Source of the DNA: an uncultured delta proteobacterium
Lineage (GTDB): Bacteria; Myxococcota; Myxococcia; Myxococcales; Myxococcaceae
Length of the DNA stretch: 64,000 bases
Reading direction: 5' to 3'
Assembly: GCA_963776345.1 (NCBI GenBank)
Contig: CAVZMH010000016.1
Coordinates: 32,001-96,000, forward strand
Within the stretch, counting starts at the first letter, position 1, and each line of letters opens with the position of its first letter. The notes beneath the pieces were generated by a model. It was not told where the DNA came from. It saw nothing but the letters and a program-made list of their open reading frames with translations, and did no database searches. Of the stretch, positions 1 to 10,309 are shown in pieces. The translations under genes were made by a program, and so were the position numbers.

Positions 1-1215
1 GAAGCGACGCGCCGGGTCGGACCGTGACGGCCCCTCGACCAGCACCTCGACCTCGTGCCCGACGAGCGACCCGCCGATCTCGCCGCTGATGCGCCGCTGC
101 ACCGCCTGGAGCCGCTCCAGCCGCTCGACCTTTACCTCGTGCGGCACCGGGCCCCACTCGGCTTCCTTGAGCGCGGCGACGGTGCGCGGCCGGGCGGAGA
201 AGACGAACGAGAACTGGTTCTCGTAGCGGACCTGCTCGGTGAGCGCGAGCGTGGCCCTGAAGTCGTCCTCGGTCTCGCCGGGGAAGCCCACGATGATGTC
301 GGTGGTGACGGCGATGCCGGGACGGGCCGCTCGCAGGGCGGCGAGCCGTTCGAGGTACCCGGCCACGGTGTAATCCCGCTTCATGCGCCGGAGCACCTCG
401 TTGCTCCCGCTCTGCACCGGGAGGTGGAAGTGCGGCGCGATGCGCGGCTCCTGCTGGAAGGCCTCGATCAGCGCGTCCGACAGGTCGTGCGGGTGACTGG
501 TGGTGAAGCGCACCCGCTCGATGCCGGGGACCTGGGCCACCCGGAGGAGCAGCTCGGCGAAGGAGATGCCGCCCCGGTAGGAGTTGACGTTCTGCCCGAT
601 GAGCGTGACCTCCCGGACGCCCACCGCGGTGAGCGAGGCGGTCTCCTCCAGCACCTCGACAAAGGGCCGGCTCACCTCGCGCCCGCGGGTGTGCGGGACG
701 ACGCAGAAGCTGCAGACGTTGTCGCAGCCCTTCATCACGGTGACGAACTCGCTCACCTTCCCCGCCGAGCTCCCGGGGTCGGCGCGGGGGAAGACGTACT
801 CCTCGGAGTCGACCCAGGCGGTCTCGGCGACGCGGACCCGGTCCTCGACCACCCGGTTTACCAGCTCGGGGAGCTTCCCGATGGCGTCGGGTCCGAAGAC
901 GAAGTCGAGGTACGGGACGCGGGCCAGGAGCTTCCCCTTCTCCTGTTGCGCGACGCAGCCGCCGACGGCGAGGAGCGCCCCGCGCTGGGTCTTGATCGCC
1001 CGGTAGCGGCCGAGCGCCGAGAGCATCTTGTCCTCGGCCTTCTCCCGGATGGCGCAGGTGTTGAGGATGATCAGGTCCGCCTGCTCCGCGGTGGCCGTGG
1101 GCCGGTAGCCGATGGTGGCCAGCGCCTCGCCCATCCGGAGCGAGTCGTTGACGTTCATCTGGCAGCCGAAGGTGTGGATGTAGAATCTTCTCCCTCTGGC
1201 AGTGTGGGTGCTCAC
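1..1215 (-). CDS. miaB: tRNA-2-methylthio-N6-dimethylallyladenosine synthase MiaB (3' end beyond window)
   Basis: Absent from the ORF track. Manual minus-strand translation gives RRFYIHTFGCQMNVNDS, IILNTCAIREKAEDK and the radical-SAM motif GCDNVCSFCVVP. GTG start follows GGAGG. Confidence 0.93.
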   Translation of the reverse strand, partial: MSTHTARGRRFYIHTFGCQMNVNDSLRMGEALATIGYRPTATAEQADLIILNTCAIREKAEDKMLSALGRYRAIKTQRGALLAVGGCVAQQEKGKLLARVPYLDFVFGPDAIGKLPELVNRVVEDRVRVAETAWVDSEEYVFPRADPGSSAGKVSEFVTVMKGCDNVCSFCVVPHTRGREVSRPFVEVLEETASLTAVGVREVTLIGQNVNSYRGGISFAELLLRVAQVPGIERVRFTTSHPHDLSDALIEAFQQEPRIAPHFHLPVQSGSNEVLRRMKRDYTVAGYLERLAALRAARPGIAVTTDIIVGFPGETEDDFRATLALTEQVRYENQFSFVFSARPRTVAALKEAEWGPVPHEVKVERLERLQAVQRRISGEIGGSLVGHEVEVLVEGPSRSDPARRF

Positions 1216-1357
1216 GCCAGACCTCCAGTCCTTCCAGTTGGTTGAGAGTGTCTCGTGGTGCCGTTGGTCGCCTGACGGAGCCCCTCAGTACCATCGGGTT
1301 GACGGCCACAGTCAACCCCGTCCGTCGAAGGGCGGGCCAGCGGCCGCCGAGGTCGCC

Positions 1358-2836
1358 CTACATCACCAGGTGCTTCCCGAGCACCGCCGGATCGTCGCGC
1401 AGCGCGGCCGCCGCGCCCTCGTGCACGATGCGGCCGTCCTCGAGAACGTAGGCGCGGTCGGCGATCTCGAGCGCCATCCGGGCGTTCTGCTCGACGAGCA
1501 GCACCGTCACGCCCTGCTTGCGGATCTCGAGGATGATCTCGGCGAGGTGGTTCACGACGCGTGGCGCGAGACCCTGCGACGGCTCGTCGAGCATGAGGAA
1601 ACGGCGCCGGCCGACCACCGCGCGCGCGATGGCGACCATCTGCTGCTCGCCGCCGGAGAGCCGGTCGCCACGGTTGCCCTTCCGCTGTACGAGCTGGGGA
1701 AACCACTCGAAGCAGCGGCGCAGCTGGCTCGCGCGCTCCACGGCCGACACGCCGCTCATGAAGAACGGCAGGAGCAGGTTCTCGCCCACGGTGAGGTTCG
1801 CGAAGACGCGCCGCCCCTCGGGGACGAGCCCGACCCCGAGATTCGCCACGCCCTCGGGCGCCATCCGGGTGATGTCGTGACCGTCGAAGCGGATCGTGCC
1901 CTGGCGCGGTGGGAGGAGGCCCATGATCGTGCGGAGGGTGGTCGTCTTGCCGGCACCGTTCCGTCCGAGGAGCGCCACGATCTCGCCGCCCCGCACCGTG
2001 AGGGAGATGTGGTGCAGGATCTGGGAGAGCCCGTAGGAGGTCGATACGCCCTCGAGCGTCAGGAGGGGCGCAGCGGCCTCGCTCGCCGCCGCGGTCTCGT
2101 GCGCCTTCGCGGAGAGGCTCGCGTCCACGCCGCCAAGGTACGCCTCGCGCACCGCGGGATCGGCCTGCACCTGCGTGGGCGTCCCCTCCGCGATCTTCCT
2201 CCCGCTGCGCATCACCGTGATGCGATCGGAGATCGACATCACGATGTCCATCTTGTGCTCGATGAGGATGATCGTGTAGCCGTGCTGGTCCCGCAGCCGG
2301 CGCACGAGCGCGACCGTGCCCTCCGTCTCGTGAGGCGGCATCCCCGCGGTCGGCTCGTCGAGCAGCAGGAGCGCCGGGCTCGTGGCCAGCGCGATCCCGA
2401 TGTCGAGGTGGCGCTGATCGCCGTGCGACATGGCGCCGGCGAGGACCCCCGCCTTGGAGGTCAGCTCGACCTCCTCGAGCACCTCCCGGACGCGCGCCTC
2501 GGGTTCGGTCGCGCTGCCGGCCCGCGCCGCGAGCCGCAGGTTGTCCACCACCGTCAGCTCCGGGAAGATGCTCGTGATCTGGAACGAGCGGGCGATCCCC
2601 TTCTTCGCCAGCTCGTGCGGCCTGAGGTGCGTGACGTCCTCGCCGCGAAAGAGGATCCGGCCTCGCGAGGGCCGGATCGTGCCGGTGAGGAGGTTGAAGA
2701 GCGTTGTCTTCCCCGCCCCGTTCGGGCCGATGACGCAGTGGATCGACCCCTGCTCCACGGAGAGATCCATCTCCTCCACGGCCGCCAGCGCGCCGAACCG
2801 GACGGACAGCCCCTCCGTGCGGAAGATCGCGGTCAC
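1358..2836 (-). CDS. Branched-chain amino acid ABC transporter ATPase, fused LivG-LivF
   Basis: Two NBDs in one frame: GPNGAGKTT...LLLLDEPTAGM and GRNGAGKTT...LSGGEQQM...LDEPSQGL, joined by an Ala-rich linker. GTGA overlap with livM. Confidence 0.9.
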   Translation of the reverse strand: MTAIFRTEGLSVRFGALAAVEEMDLSVEQGSIHCVIGPNGAGKTTLFNLLTGTIRPSRGRILFRGEDVTHLRPHELAKKGIARSFQITSIFPELTVVDNLRLAARAGSATEPEARVREVLEEVELTSKAGVLAGAMSHGDQRHLDIGIALATSPALLLLDEPTAGMPPHETEGTVALVRRLRDQHGYTIILIEHKMDIVMSISDRITVMRSGRKIAEGTPTQVQADPAVREAYLGGVDASLSAKAHETAAASEAAAPLLTLEGVSTSYGLSQILHHISLTVRGGEIVALLGRNGAGKTTTLRTIMGLLPPRQGTIRFDGHDITRMAPEGVANLGVGLVPEGRRVFANLTVGENLLLPFFMSGVSAVERASQLRRCFEWFPQLVQRKGNRGDRLSGGEQQMVAIARAVVGRRRFLMLDEPSQGLAPRVVNHLAEIILEIRKQGVTVLLVEQNARMALEIADRAYVLEDGRIVHEGAAAALRDDPAVLGKHLVM

Positions 2837-3762
2837 CGCCGGATCCTCCTCCTCCGCGCCTCGAGCGCGTACCCGGCGATCCCGCGGGGGAAGAACATCA
2901 CGAACACCACGAACACCACTCCCATGACCAGCTGCCAGTACTTCGTGTGGAAGGAGATGTAGTTGTTGAGGAAGGTGATGAGCGTGGCCCCGACGATGGG
3001 GCCGCTGAAGGTGCCTAGGCCTCCGACGAGCGACATCACCACCACGTTCCCCGAGCGGATCCAGTCCATCGTCTGAGGAAACGCGTAGCGGAGGAGAAGG
3101 ACGTAGAGCGTGCCCGAGACCGCAGCGAACAGCGCCGCGATGACGAAGGAGGCGAGCTTGTAGCGCTGGACGTCGTAGCCGATGGCAGCGCAGCGCGCCT
3201 CGTTCTCGCGGATGGCGCGCAGGACGTCGCCGAAGTTCGAGTGGATGACCCGCCACGCCACGACCGCGGCGACGAGGCACACCACGGCGGTGAAGTAGTA
3301 GAAGCGGACCGGCGAGGAGAGGTCGATCCCGAAGATCGGCTTGCGCGGGATGTCGGAGAGGCCGTCCTCGCCGCCGGTGACGCTCTTCCAGCGCATCGCG
3401 ACGAAGAAGAACATCTGCCCGAACGCGATGGTGAGCATCGCGAAGTAGATGCCGGCCTTGCGGACGATGAGGAGTCCGATGACCACCGCGGCTGCCCCGG
3501 CGACGACGACGCCAGCCAGCATCGCCGCCCAGAGCGGCAGGTCGAAGTGGATGAGGAGGAGCCCCATCGTGTAGCCGGCGAGGCCGAAGTAGGCGGCATG
3601 CCCGAAGGAGAGGATGCCGGTGTAGCCGAGCAGGAGGTTGAAGCCGATCGCGAACACCGCGAAGATCACCATCTCCGACAGCAGCGCGTGGTACCCGCCC
3701 ATCGGCACGATCACCAGCGGGGCGACGGCGAGCAGCACCGCGAGCGCGAGGATCGATCTCAT
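2833..3762 (-). CDS. livM: Branched-chain amino acid ABC transporter permease LivM
   Basis: FNLLLGYTGILSFGHAAYFG, YFAMLTIAFGQ, TGGEDG and GGLGTFSGPIVGA motifs; ATGA overlap with livH. Confidence 0.88.
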   Translation of the reverse strand: MRSILALAVLLAVAPLVIVPMGGYHALLSEMVIFAVFAIGFNLLLGYTGILSFGHAAYFGLAGYTMGLLLIHFDLPLWAAMLAGVVVAGAAAVVIGLLIVRKAGIYFAMLTIAFGQMFFFVAMRWKSVTGGEDGLSDIPRKPIFGIDLSSPVRFYYFTAVVCLVAAVVAWRVIHSNFGDVLRAIRENEARCAAIGYDVQRYKLASFVIAALFAAVSGTLYVLLLRYAFPQTMDWIRSGNVVVMSLVGGLGTFSGPIVGATLITFLNNYISFHTKYWQLVMGVVFVVFVMFFPRGIAGYALEARRRRIRR

Positions 3763-4631
3763 CTGGAGAGGAGCCCCTCGACTCCGAAGAGGCCGCGCGG
3801 CCGGACCAGCAGCACGAGCGCGAGGAGCATGAACACCACCACGTCCGATCCGGCGGGGAAGAACTCCACGGCCAGGCTGATGATCACCCCCACCGAGAGG
3901 CCGCCGATGAGCGCGCCCCCGAAGCTGCCCATCCCGCCGATGATCACCACCACGAACGACGGCATGATGATCGACGAGCCCATGCTCGGGAACACGCCGC
4001 GGATCGGCGAGGCGAGCGCTCCGGCGAGCGCCGCGAGCGCGGCGCCGAGCCCGAACACCAGGGTGAAGAGCAGATTGATGCGGATTCCGAGCACCCGCAC
4101 CATCTCGCGGTCGAAGGTCCCGGCGAGGATGGTGCGCCCGAGCTGCGTGCGCTCGAGGAACATCCAGGTGAGCAGCATCAGCGCGCCCGAGACGACGATG
4201 ACGAAGAGCCTGTACTTCGAGAATGGGATGTCGGCGACGAGGAGGATCCCCGAGAACAGCTCGGGCGGCGACATCGGGTAGGGGGCGTCGCCCCACACGA
4301 CCCGCACCAGGTCCTCGACGATGAGCGCGAGGCCGAAGGTGAGGAGCAGGGTGTGGAGCGGGTCGCGCCGGTAGATGGGGCGAATGAGCACGCCCTCCAC
4401 GACGAGCCCGATCACGCCCACCGCGAACGGCGCGACGAGCAGCGACGGGAAGAAGCCCCACCGCTCGTAGGTGGTGACGAAGGCATAGGCGCCCAGGGTG
4501 TAGAGCGCGCCATGCGCCATGTTGATGACGCGCATGAGCCCCAGGACGATGGTGAGGCCCACCGCCATCAGCGCGAGGAGCATCCCCAGCGCGACGCCGT
4601 TCACCACCTGCTGCAGGAGCGTGAAGGCCAT
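3759..4631 (-). CDS. livH: Branched-chain amino acid ABC transporter permease LivH
   Basis: NGVALG...AVGLTIVLGLMRVINMAHG and FVVVIIGGMGS motifs. Confidence 0.9.
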   Translation of the reverse strand: MAFTLLQQVVNGVALGMLLALMAVGLTIVLGLMRVINMAHGALYTLGAYAFVTTYERWGFFPSLLVAPFAVGVIGLVVEGVLIRPIYRRDPLHTLLLTFGLALIVEDLVRVVWGDAPYPMSPPELFSGILLVADIPFSKYRLFVIVVSGALMLLTWMFLERTQLGRTILAGTFDREMVRVLGIRINLLFTLVFGLGAALAALAGALASPIRGVFPSMGSSIIMPSFVVVIIGGMGSFGGALIGGLSVGVIISLAVEFFPAGSDVVVFMLLALVLLVRPRGLFGVEGLLSR

Positions 4632-4648
4632 GCGAGCGTCACCCGCCG

Positions 4649-4684
4649 GCGCCGGGCGTCACGCGCGCCGCGCGAGCCCGGCGC
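4649..4684. other. Intercistronic GC-rich hairpin after the substrate-binding protein gene
   Basis: GCGCCGGGC (4649-4657) and GCCCGGCGC (4676-4684) form an inverted repeat; position is typical of mRNA-stabilising hairpins. Confidence 0.4.
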
Positions 4685-4735
4685 GGGATGGTGGCACGGA
4701 GGAGGCAGGCGCGCCCTCCCTCCCCGCGCCGTGCC

Positions 4736-6041
4736 TCAGCAGCCGATCTCGGACATGGGCTCGAGGGGCCTCCCGCCCATCTGCTTCCACATCGCCTCGT
4801 CGGGATACGCCTCCGCGCCGGAGAGGTGGCTGAGGATCTCGAAGTAGTCGTCCTCGCTCTTCCAGGCTGGCGTCACGCTTGGCCCTGGCGACGATGACGT
4901 CCTGCACGTTCTGGTGGTCCCAGGCGCGCCACTCGGACTGGTTCCACTTCAGCCCGTCGAACTTGTGGCCCTCGAGCGCCTTGATCACCGCGCACTTGCT
5001 GGTGGACTTCGCGCGGACGATCGCCTCGAGGAGCTGCTGGTGGGTGAGGTAGCCGAGATAGTGGCGATACGAGGGTCGCCACTCGGGCTTCTTCGACGAC
5101 GCATAGCGCTTCATCAGCGCATCGCGCAGCTTCTTCGAGCCGGGGGTATCCACGGTCGAGTGCCAGGAGAGGCCCCACACGCCAGCGGCGGCCGTGCCGA
5201 TGCCCTTCATCATGGGCGTGCCGCTGAGCGGACCACAGAGCTGCATGCTGCTGCCGAGGCCGAACTCCTTGAACTGCTTCACGCAGTTGATCTGGTCCGC
5301 GCCGTAGGCGTTCACCACCAGCACGTCCGGCTTCACGCCGCGGACCTTGATCAGGTACGAGGAGAAGTCGCTCGTCCCGAGCGGGAAGAGGTCGTTGCCG
5401 GCCTCCTTCACCCCGAACCGCTCGAAGATGCGGTTCATCGATGCGCGCGCGGAGTGACCCCACACGTAGTCGGCCGTGAGGTGGTAGACCTGCTTCGGCT
5501 TCCAGTTCTTCGCGACCCAGGTCGCCGTGGCGGTGGAGAGCGCGTAGTTCTGGTTCGTCGTCCGGAACGTGGTCCGGTGCGAGCGCGAGCCGGTCGTGTC
5601 GTCCGCATGGCTGCCGAAGGCCATGAACAGCACCTTCGCGGCGGCGGCAACGTCGCTCACCGCCACGGTGACACTCGAGGTGAGCGTGCCGGTGAGGAAG
5701 TCCACCTGGTCGCGCTCGATGAGCTTCTTCGCCTTCTGGACCCCGATGCCCGGGTTCGACGGCGCGTCCTCGGTGATCATCTCGATCTTGCGGCCGAGGA
5801 CGCCTCCCCTGGCGTTCCACTCCTCGTTCGCGAGCTGCGCCCCCTCCATCTCGTCGAGGCCGGAGTCCGCGTACGGGCCGCTCAGCGGCTCGATGTTGCC
5901 GATCCGGATCGGGCCGGTGCCCTGGCCCCATGCCCGGTTCGGCACGAGGATGGTGGGACCGGCGGCCGCGGCGATAAATCCGCCGCCCAGGGCCTTCACG
6001 AATCCACGTCTCGAGAGCGTGCCACTCTTCCTCTTCGCCAT
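4736..6041 (-). CDS. ABC transporter substrate-binding protein (LivJ/K-like) with Tat signal; frameshift near 4870
   Basis: SRRGFVK twin-arginine signal; IRIGNIEPLSG, GGVLGRKIE, ADYVWG motifs. A plausible C-terminus (WKSEDDYFEIL...EIGC*) lies in another frame. Confidence 0.85.
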
Positions 6042-6167
6042 GACGTCCTCCTCGTCCAACGCCCGGATGCGTTGACGCTACGCCATGCGACTTCGGTGTG
6101 CGAGGGCCGTCCCCACGCGGGGCCTTCGATTCGTTTGATCGTACGGCCCTGGAGCGGCGCCCTCCCT

Positions 6168-7112
6168 CTACAGCGGTGCCGGCAGACCCTGCTCCCAGTA
6201 GGGCGGGCGACCGATCCGGTCGCGGAAGAACTCGATGAAGGCCCGCGTCTTCCGCGGCAGCTGTTCACGGCTGGTGGTCAGCGCGTGGACGTCCTGCGCA
6301 GGCAGGTCCCACTCCGGCAGGACCTGCACCAGTCGGCCACGCGCGAGATCCTCGCCGACGACGAACAACGGGATGCGGGCGAGCCCGAGGCCCTGGAGAA
6401 CTGCGCTGCGCAGCGCGAGGCTACTGTTTGCCTTGAGCGGTCCGGTCACGCGGACGGTCTCGCTTCGCTTGCCGCGGGTGAGCGTCCAGCGGGGACCGGT
6501 GGCAGCGAGTGAGTAGAGGAGCGCCGCGTGCCGGACGAGGTCCGCCGGAGACGCCGGAGCCCCGGCGCGCGCGAGATAGTCCGGACCGGCGACGATGACG
6601 CTGCGGCTCAGGCCGAGGTGCTGCGAGACGAGCGCCGAGTCGGGCAACGTCCCGATCCGGAGCGCCAGGTCGAACCCTCCCTCGGCGAGATCCAGCACCC
6701 GGTCGTCCAGGACGAGGTCGACGCGCACTTCCGGGTGAGACTTCGCGAAGCCACCGAGCGCCGGCGCGACGTGGAGGAGCCCGAAGGACATCGGCGCGTT
6801 GAGTCGCAGGACCCCACGGGGGGACGTGAGCGAGAGCGTCGCCGCCTCCTCCGCATCCCGCGCGGCGAGCAATGCACGCTGCGCGTGGGGCAGCGCCGCT
6901 GCACCCGCCTCGGTGAGCGAGAGCCTCCGCGTGGTGCGCTGCAGGAGGCGCACCCCCAGGCGCTTCTCGAGCCGGGCGACCGCCACGCTGACCAGCGCCT
7001 TCGACACCCCGAGCCGCCGGGCGGCCGACGAGAACCCCTCGGTCTCTGCCACCGCGACGAAGATCGCCAGATCAGGCAGTGGAAGAGCCCGGATCTCACT
7101 GTTCGTTTTCAT
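6168..7112 (-). CDS. LysR-family regulator (CrgA/DmlR-like)
   Basis: HTH FSSAARRLGVSKALVS...LEKRLGVRLLQRTTRRLSLTEAG; substrate domain EGGFDLALRIG. Confidence 0.93.
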   Translation of the reverse strand: MKTNSEIRALPLPDLAIFVAVAETEGFSSAARRLGVSKALVSVAVARLEKRLGVRLLQRTTRRLSLTEAGAAALPHAQRALLAARDAEEAATLSLTSPRGVLRLNAPMSFGLLHVAPALGGFAKSHPEVRVDLVLDDRVLDLAEGGFDLALRIGTLPDSALVSQHLGLSRSVIVAGPDYLARAGAPASPADLVRHAALLYSLAATGPRWTLTRGKRSETVRVTGPLKANSSLALRSAVLQGLGLARIPLFVVGEDLARGRLVQVLPEWDLPAQDVHALTTSREQLPRKTRAFIEFFRDRIGRPPYWEQGLPAPL

Positions 7113-7205
7113 GAACGATGAGTTCTCTCTTTACCATCTTATCTCTTGATCGCGAACGATTCATCGTCCGCTCACCTCCCTCCCGGAGGCCCCTGGAGAC
7201 CCGCC

Positions 7206-7991
7206 ATGAACCCTTCCCTGCTCGCTCTCACCCTCGCCGCCGGAACCAGCGGCGCTCCTCACGTGGCCGCGGCGCCCCCCGACGCGTCGTCCACCGTGGA
7301 TCGAGCCCCGGAGGCCTCGCCCGGGCTCGCGGGGGACGAGACGGTGTACTTCGGGACCGTCTTCCCGTTGCACCCGGCGACGGCCCAGCCCCGCTTCGTC
7401 TACCAGCGCCTGGTGGGCGAGCACGACGGCGCCCTCGTCTCGACCCACCTCACGCGAGACCTCACGGGCGCCACCGCGATCCACGAATCGGCGACGCACT
7501 CCGAGAGCTACGCGCTCCTCGAGTACGTCCTGCACCGAAATCAGCTCGGCCAGGCCGGCACCATCCGCGTCGATGGCGATCGGGTCTCGTTCCGGCGGCT
7601 CGATGGAGAGAAACAGCGCACGCGCGTCGAGCGGGTGAACGCTCCGGTCGTCGTCGGGCCCACCCTGGTGGGCCACATCGTCCGGCACCTCGGGGCGCTG
7701 CGCGCGGGGGAGGTGCTCGGAGTGCGGCTCGCGGTCCTCGAGCGCCTGGAGACCATCGGCTTCGAACTCCAGGCAGTCGACGGTCAGCCGGGTAAGACGC
7801 GCATCCGGGTGAAGCCCTCGAGCTTCTTCGTGGCGCTGATGGTGGACCCGCTCTACTTCACGTTCGACACCGCCACGGCCAAGCTCGTGCGGCTGGAAGG
7901 AAGAGTTCCGCCCAAGGTCCGAACCGGGAAGGCGTGGCGCGAGCTCGACGCGCGTGTCGAGTACCGGTTCGTCGCGGACGCGTACCGGTAG
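7206..7991 (+). CDS. Hypothetical exported protein, divergent from LysR
   Basis: GGAG RBS, hydrophobic N-terminus, strong GC3 codon pattern. Confidence 0.7.
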   Translation: MNPSLLALTLAAGTSGAPHVAAAPPDASSTVDRAPEASPGLAGDETVYFGTVFPLHPATAQPRFVYQRLVGEHDGALVSTHLTRDLTGATAIHESATHSESYALLEYVLHRNQLGQAGTIRVDGDRVSFRRLDGEKQRTRVERVNAPVVVGPTLVGHIVRHLGALRAGEVLGVRLAVLERLETIGFELQAVDGQPGKTRIRVKPSSFFVALMVDPLYFTFDTATAKLVRLEGRVPPKVRTGKAWRELDARVEYRFVADAYR

Positions 7992-8146
7992 GCGCCCGAC
8001 GAGAGCGGCCCGGAGCCGGCGTCGGAGTCAATCCGGTTCTCGCGGGTCTGTCGTAGCCGCGCGCACCGGCACGCGATATCGGTGCAGGCCACCTCGGACG
8101 TCCTGCACACGCGATTCTACCCTCGCCGTTCTCGAAGGAGCAGATC

Positions 8147-8608
8147 ATGAAGGCACGGATGACTCCGCTTGCGGTGGCAGTCTCGCTGTTCGCCGCGACT
8201 GCCTACGCGGCCGACCCCAACCTCGGCAGCTGGAAGCTCGACGAGGGCAAGTCGAAGATCCCCGCCGGCACCGGCAAGAACACCAGCGTGGTCTACGAGC
8301 CGGCTGGCGACAGCATGAAGTGCACGGTCGAGGGCGTGGACAAGGACGGGAAGCCCGTCCGCAACGAGTGGACGGGCAAGACCGACGGCAAGGACTACCC
8401 GGTCACCGGCGACGCGACCGTCGACACCCGGTCGCTGAAGAAGGCCGACGACCACCACTACACCGTCGTGAACAAGAAGGCCGGCAAGGTGACCGTCACC
8501 GGCAACGTCGTCTTTGCCAAGGACTTCAAGACCCGGACGCTCACCCTCAGCGGGAAGGACAAGGACGGGAAGCCGATCACCGGCACCTGGGTGTACGAGC
8601 GGCAGTAG
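8147..8608 (+). CDS. Small secreted beta-strand-rich protein
   Basis: AAGGAG RBS, signal peptide ending AYA-A, GSWKLDEGKS and DGKDYPVTG motifs. Confidence 0.8.
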   Translation: MKARMTPLAVAVSLFAATAYAADPNLGSWKLDEGKSKIPAGTGKNTSVVYEPAGDSMKCTVEGVDKDGKPVRNEWTGKTDGKDYPVTGDATVDTRSLKKADDHHYTVVNKKAGKVTVTGNVVFAKDFKTRTLTLSGKDKDGKPITGTWVYERQ

Positions 8609-8636
8609 CAGCCACGACACTGGCGGGGACTGCCGG

Positions 8637-9455
8637 CTACCGCGCGACGGTGCGCCGGGCCGACTCGATCTGCGGCAGCAGGATGTCCCGGACGTAGTGC
8701 CAGCCGGGGACCAGCGCCAGCGCCTTCCGGGCATGGGCCTCCGCCAGCGCCAGGTCCGGGACCCGGCGGTTGAGGGACGACCAGGCCAGGCTCATCTCGA
8801 GCTCCGGCTCACCCCACGCGGGCCGGAGCGAGCCTGGCGCGGGCCGGCGGGCGCGGCGGAGCGCCTCGAGCCCCCGGGTGTAGGTGGCGATGGCCTTCGC
8901 CTGCTGCGCGTCGACCTTGTCCGGAGGGCTCCCCGGAGGCGCCCACCACTCCGTCGGCCCCCGCACCCAGAGCAGCCGCGGGTTCTCGGACTCGAGCGCC
9001 TCCGCCTCTGCCAGGAGCGCCCGGACCCGCGGGACGAGGGCGCGGACCTCCTCGTCCTGCCATCCACGAAGGAACATCCTCATCCCGAGGCAGGACGCCA
9101 GCCCGGCCTGGGCGTCGACGAACCTCGGGTCGTGCTTCAACGCCGCCTCGAACTCGGCGCCGGCCTCCTCCAGGTCCGTCTCGAGATCGCCGGGCGCCGG
9201 AGTCTCGTTGAATCCGTTGATCGCCCTCCTCCACAGCGCGAACCCGCGCCAGTAGCGCACCTCGGCGGCGTGGGACGGCTCCTCGGGCCGGGCGGCCAGC
9301 TCGGCATGGAGACGCCGGAGCGCCGGGCGATCGCCGGCGTAGTCCGCCTGCCGGATGCGCCGGACCAGCTCCGGCGTGGAGGTGGCCGCGGAGGTCGGCC
9401 CCTCGGCGAGGAGGGAGGAGACGAGAAGGATCAGCAGATGGGGTGCGAGTCTCAT
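8637..9455 (-). CDS. Secreted helical-repeat (TPR-like) protein
   Basis: Signal-like N-terminus; YWRGFALWRRA and AEAHARKALALVPGW helices. Confidence 0.7.
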   Translation of the reverse strand: MRLAPHLLILLVSSLLAEGPTSAATSTPELVRRIRQADYAGDRPALRRLHAELAARPEEPSHAAEVRYWRGFALWRRAINGFNETPAPGDLETDLEEAGAEFEAALKHDPRFVDAQAGLASCLGMRMFLRGWQDEEVRALVPRVRALLAEAEALESENPRLLWVRGPTEWWAPPGSPPDKVDAQQAKAIATYTRGLEALRRARRPAPGSLRPAWGEPELEMSLAWSSLNRRVPDLALAEAHARKALALVPGWHYVRDILLPQIESARRTVAR

Positions 9456-9521
9456 GCGCGCCAGAGGGTAGGCCGCGGCCTGCCCGGCTCAAGCGCGTCC
9501 GGCGGCCGGCACCGTGCGCCC

Positions 9522-9551
9522 GCGAACGGCGTCCGGGTCCGGCGAACGGCG
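9522..9551 (-). promoter_or_regulatory. Putative LytTR-binding direct repeat
   Basis: CGCCGTTCGC twice on the minus strand, 20-bp period, upstream of 8637..9455. Confidence 0.6.
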
Positions 9552-9559
9552 ATGGACGC

Positions 9560-10309
9560 TCAGCGCCCCAGCACCCGGAGCGCCCGGGAGCGCTGTCTGC
9601 TGGCGAAGAGGCGGAACCCGCTCCGGAGCGAGATCTCCAGCCGTGAGTCGTCGAAGGGCAGCAGCGAGACCACGTGGTCCAGGTTCACGATGTGGGAGCG
9701 GTGGACCCGCAGGAACCTGCGTCCATCGAGGCGCAGCTCGAGCTCCGACAGGGGAACGTTCAGCCGGAGCACCCGGCCGTCGACGTGGACCAGCACCGAA
9801 TCGTCCGCCGCCTGGAAGCGCTCCACCTGCGCCAGGACGACGGGGACGATCCGGCCGCCATCCCGCGCGAACACCCGCTCCAGCGGCCCCTCTGGCAGGA
9901 CCCCGCGCGCCCGCTCGGCCGGCCCGGGCGTCCCCCGTGCGAGGAGCAACGGGCGGAGCCGCTCCATCGCCCGGCCGAAGCGCTCCCGACCGAAGGGCTT
10001 GAGCAGGTAGTCCAGGGCGCCCAGCTCGAAGGCGCTGACCGCGAACCGGTCGAAGGCGGTGGTGAAGACCACGGCGGGCTCGTGGCTCACCCGGGACAGC
10101 ACCTCGAGCCCGCTTCCGCCAGGCAGCTGGACGTCGAGGAAGACCAGGTCCGGCCTCAGGGCGTCGATCGCCTCGACGGCCTCGACGCAGCCGATCGCCT
10201 CGCCGATGGGAACGAGCCAGGGCACCTCGCGCATCAGCTCGGCCAGCCTGGAACGGGCCGGCAGCTCGTCCTCGACCACCAGCGCCCGCACCGCCAGCTC
10301 GGCGCTCAC
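9560..10309 (-). CDS. LytTR-family response regulator
   Basis: Receiver VVEDE...PDLVFLDVQLPG...DYLLKPF; LytTR motif FLRVHRSHIVN. Confidence 0.93.
   Translation of the reverse strand: MSAELAVRALVVEDELPARSRLAELMREVPWLVPIGEAIGCVEAVEAIDALRPDLVFLDVQLPGGSGLEVLSRVSHEPAVVFTTAFDRFAVSAFELGALDYLLKPFGRERFGRAMERLRPLLLARGTPGPAERARGVLPEGPLERVFARDGGRIVPVVLAQVERFQAADDSVLVHVDGRVLRLNVPLSELELRLDGRRFLRVHRSHIVNLDHVVSLLPFDDSRLEISLRSGFRLFASRQRSRALRVLGR

Noticed and set aside
55..1245. 396-aa plus-strand ORF and the many other long antisense or alternate-frame ORFs
   Set aside because: Shadows of real genes (here miaB) caused by high GC and scarce stop codons; Arg/Pro/Gly-rich with no motifs.
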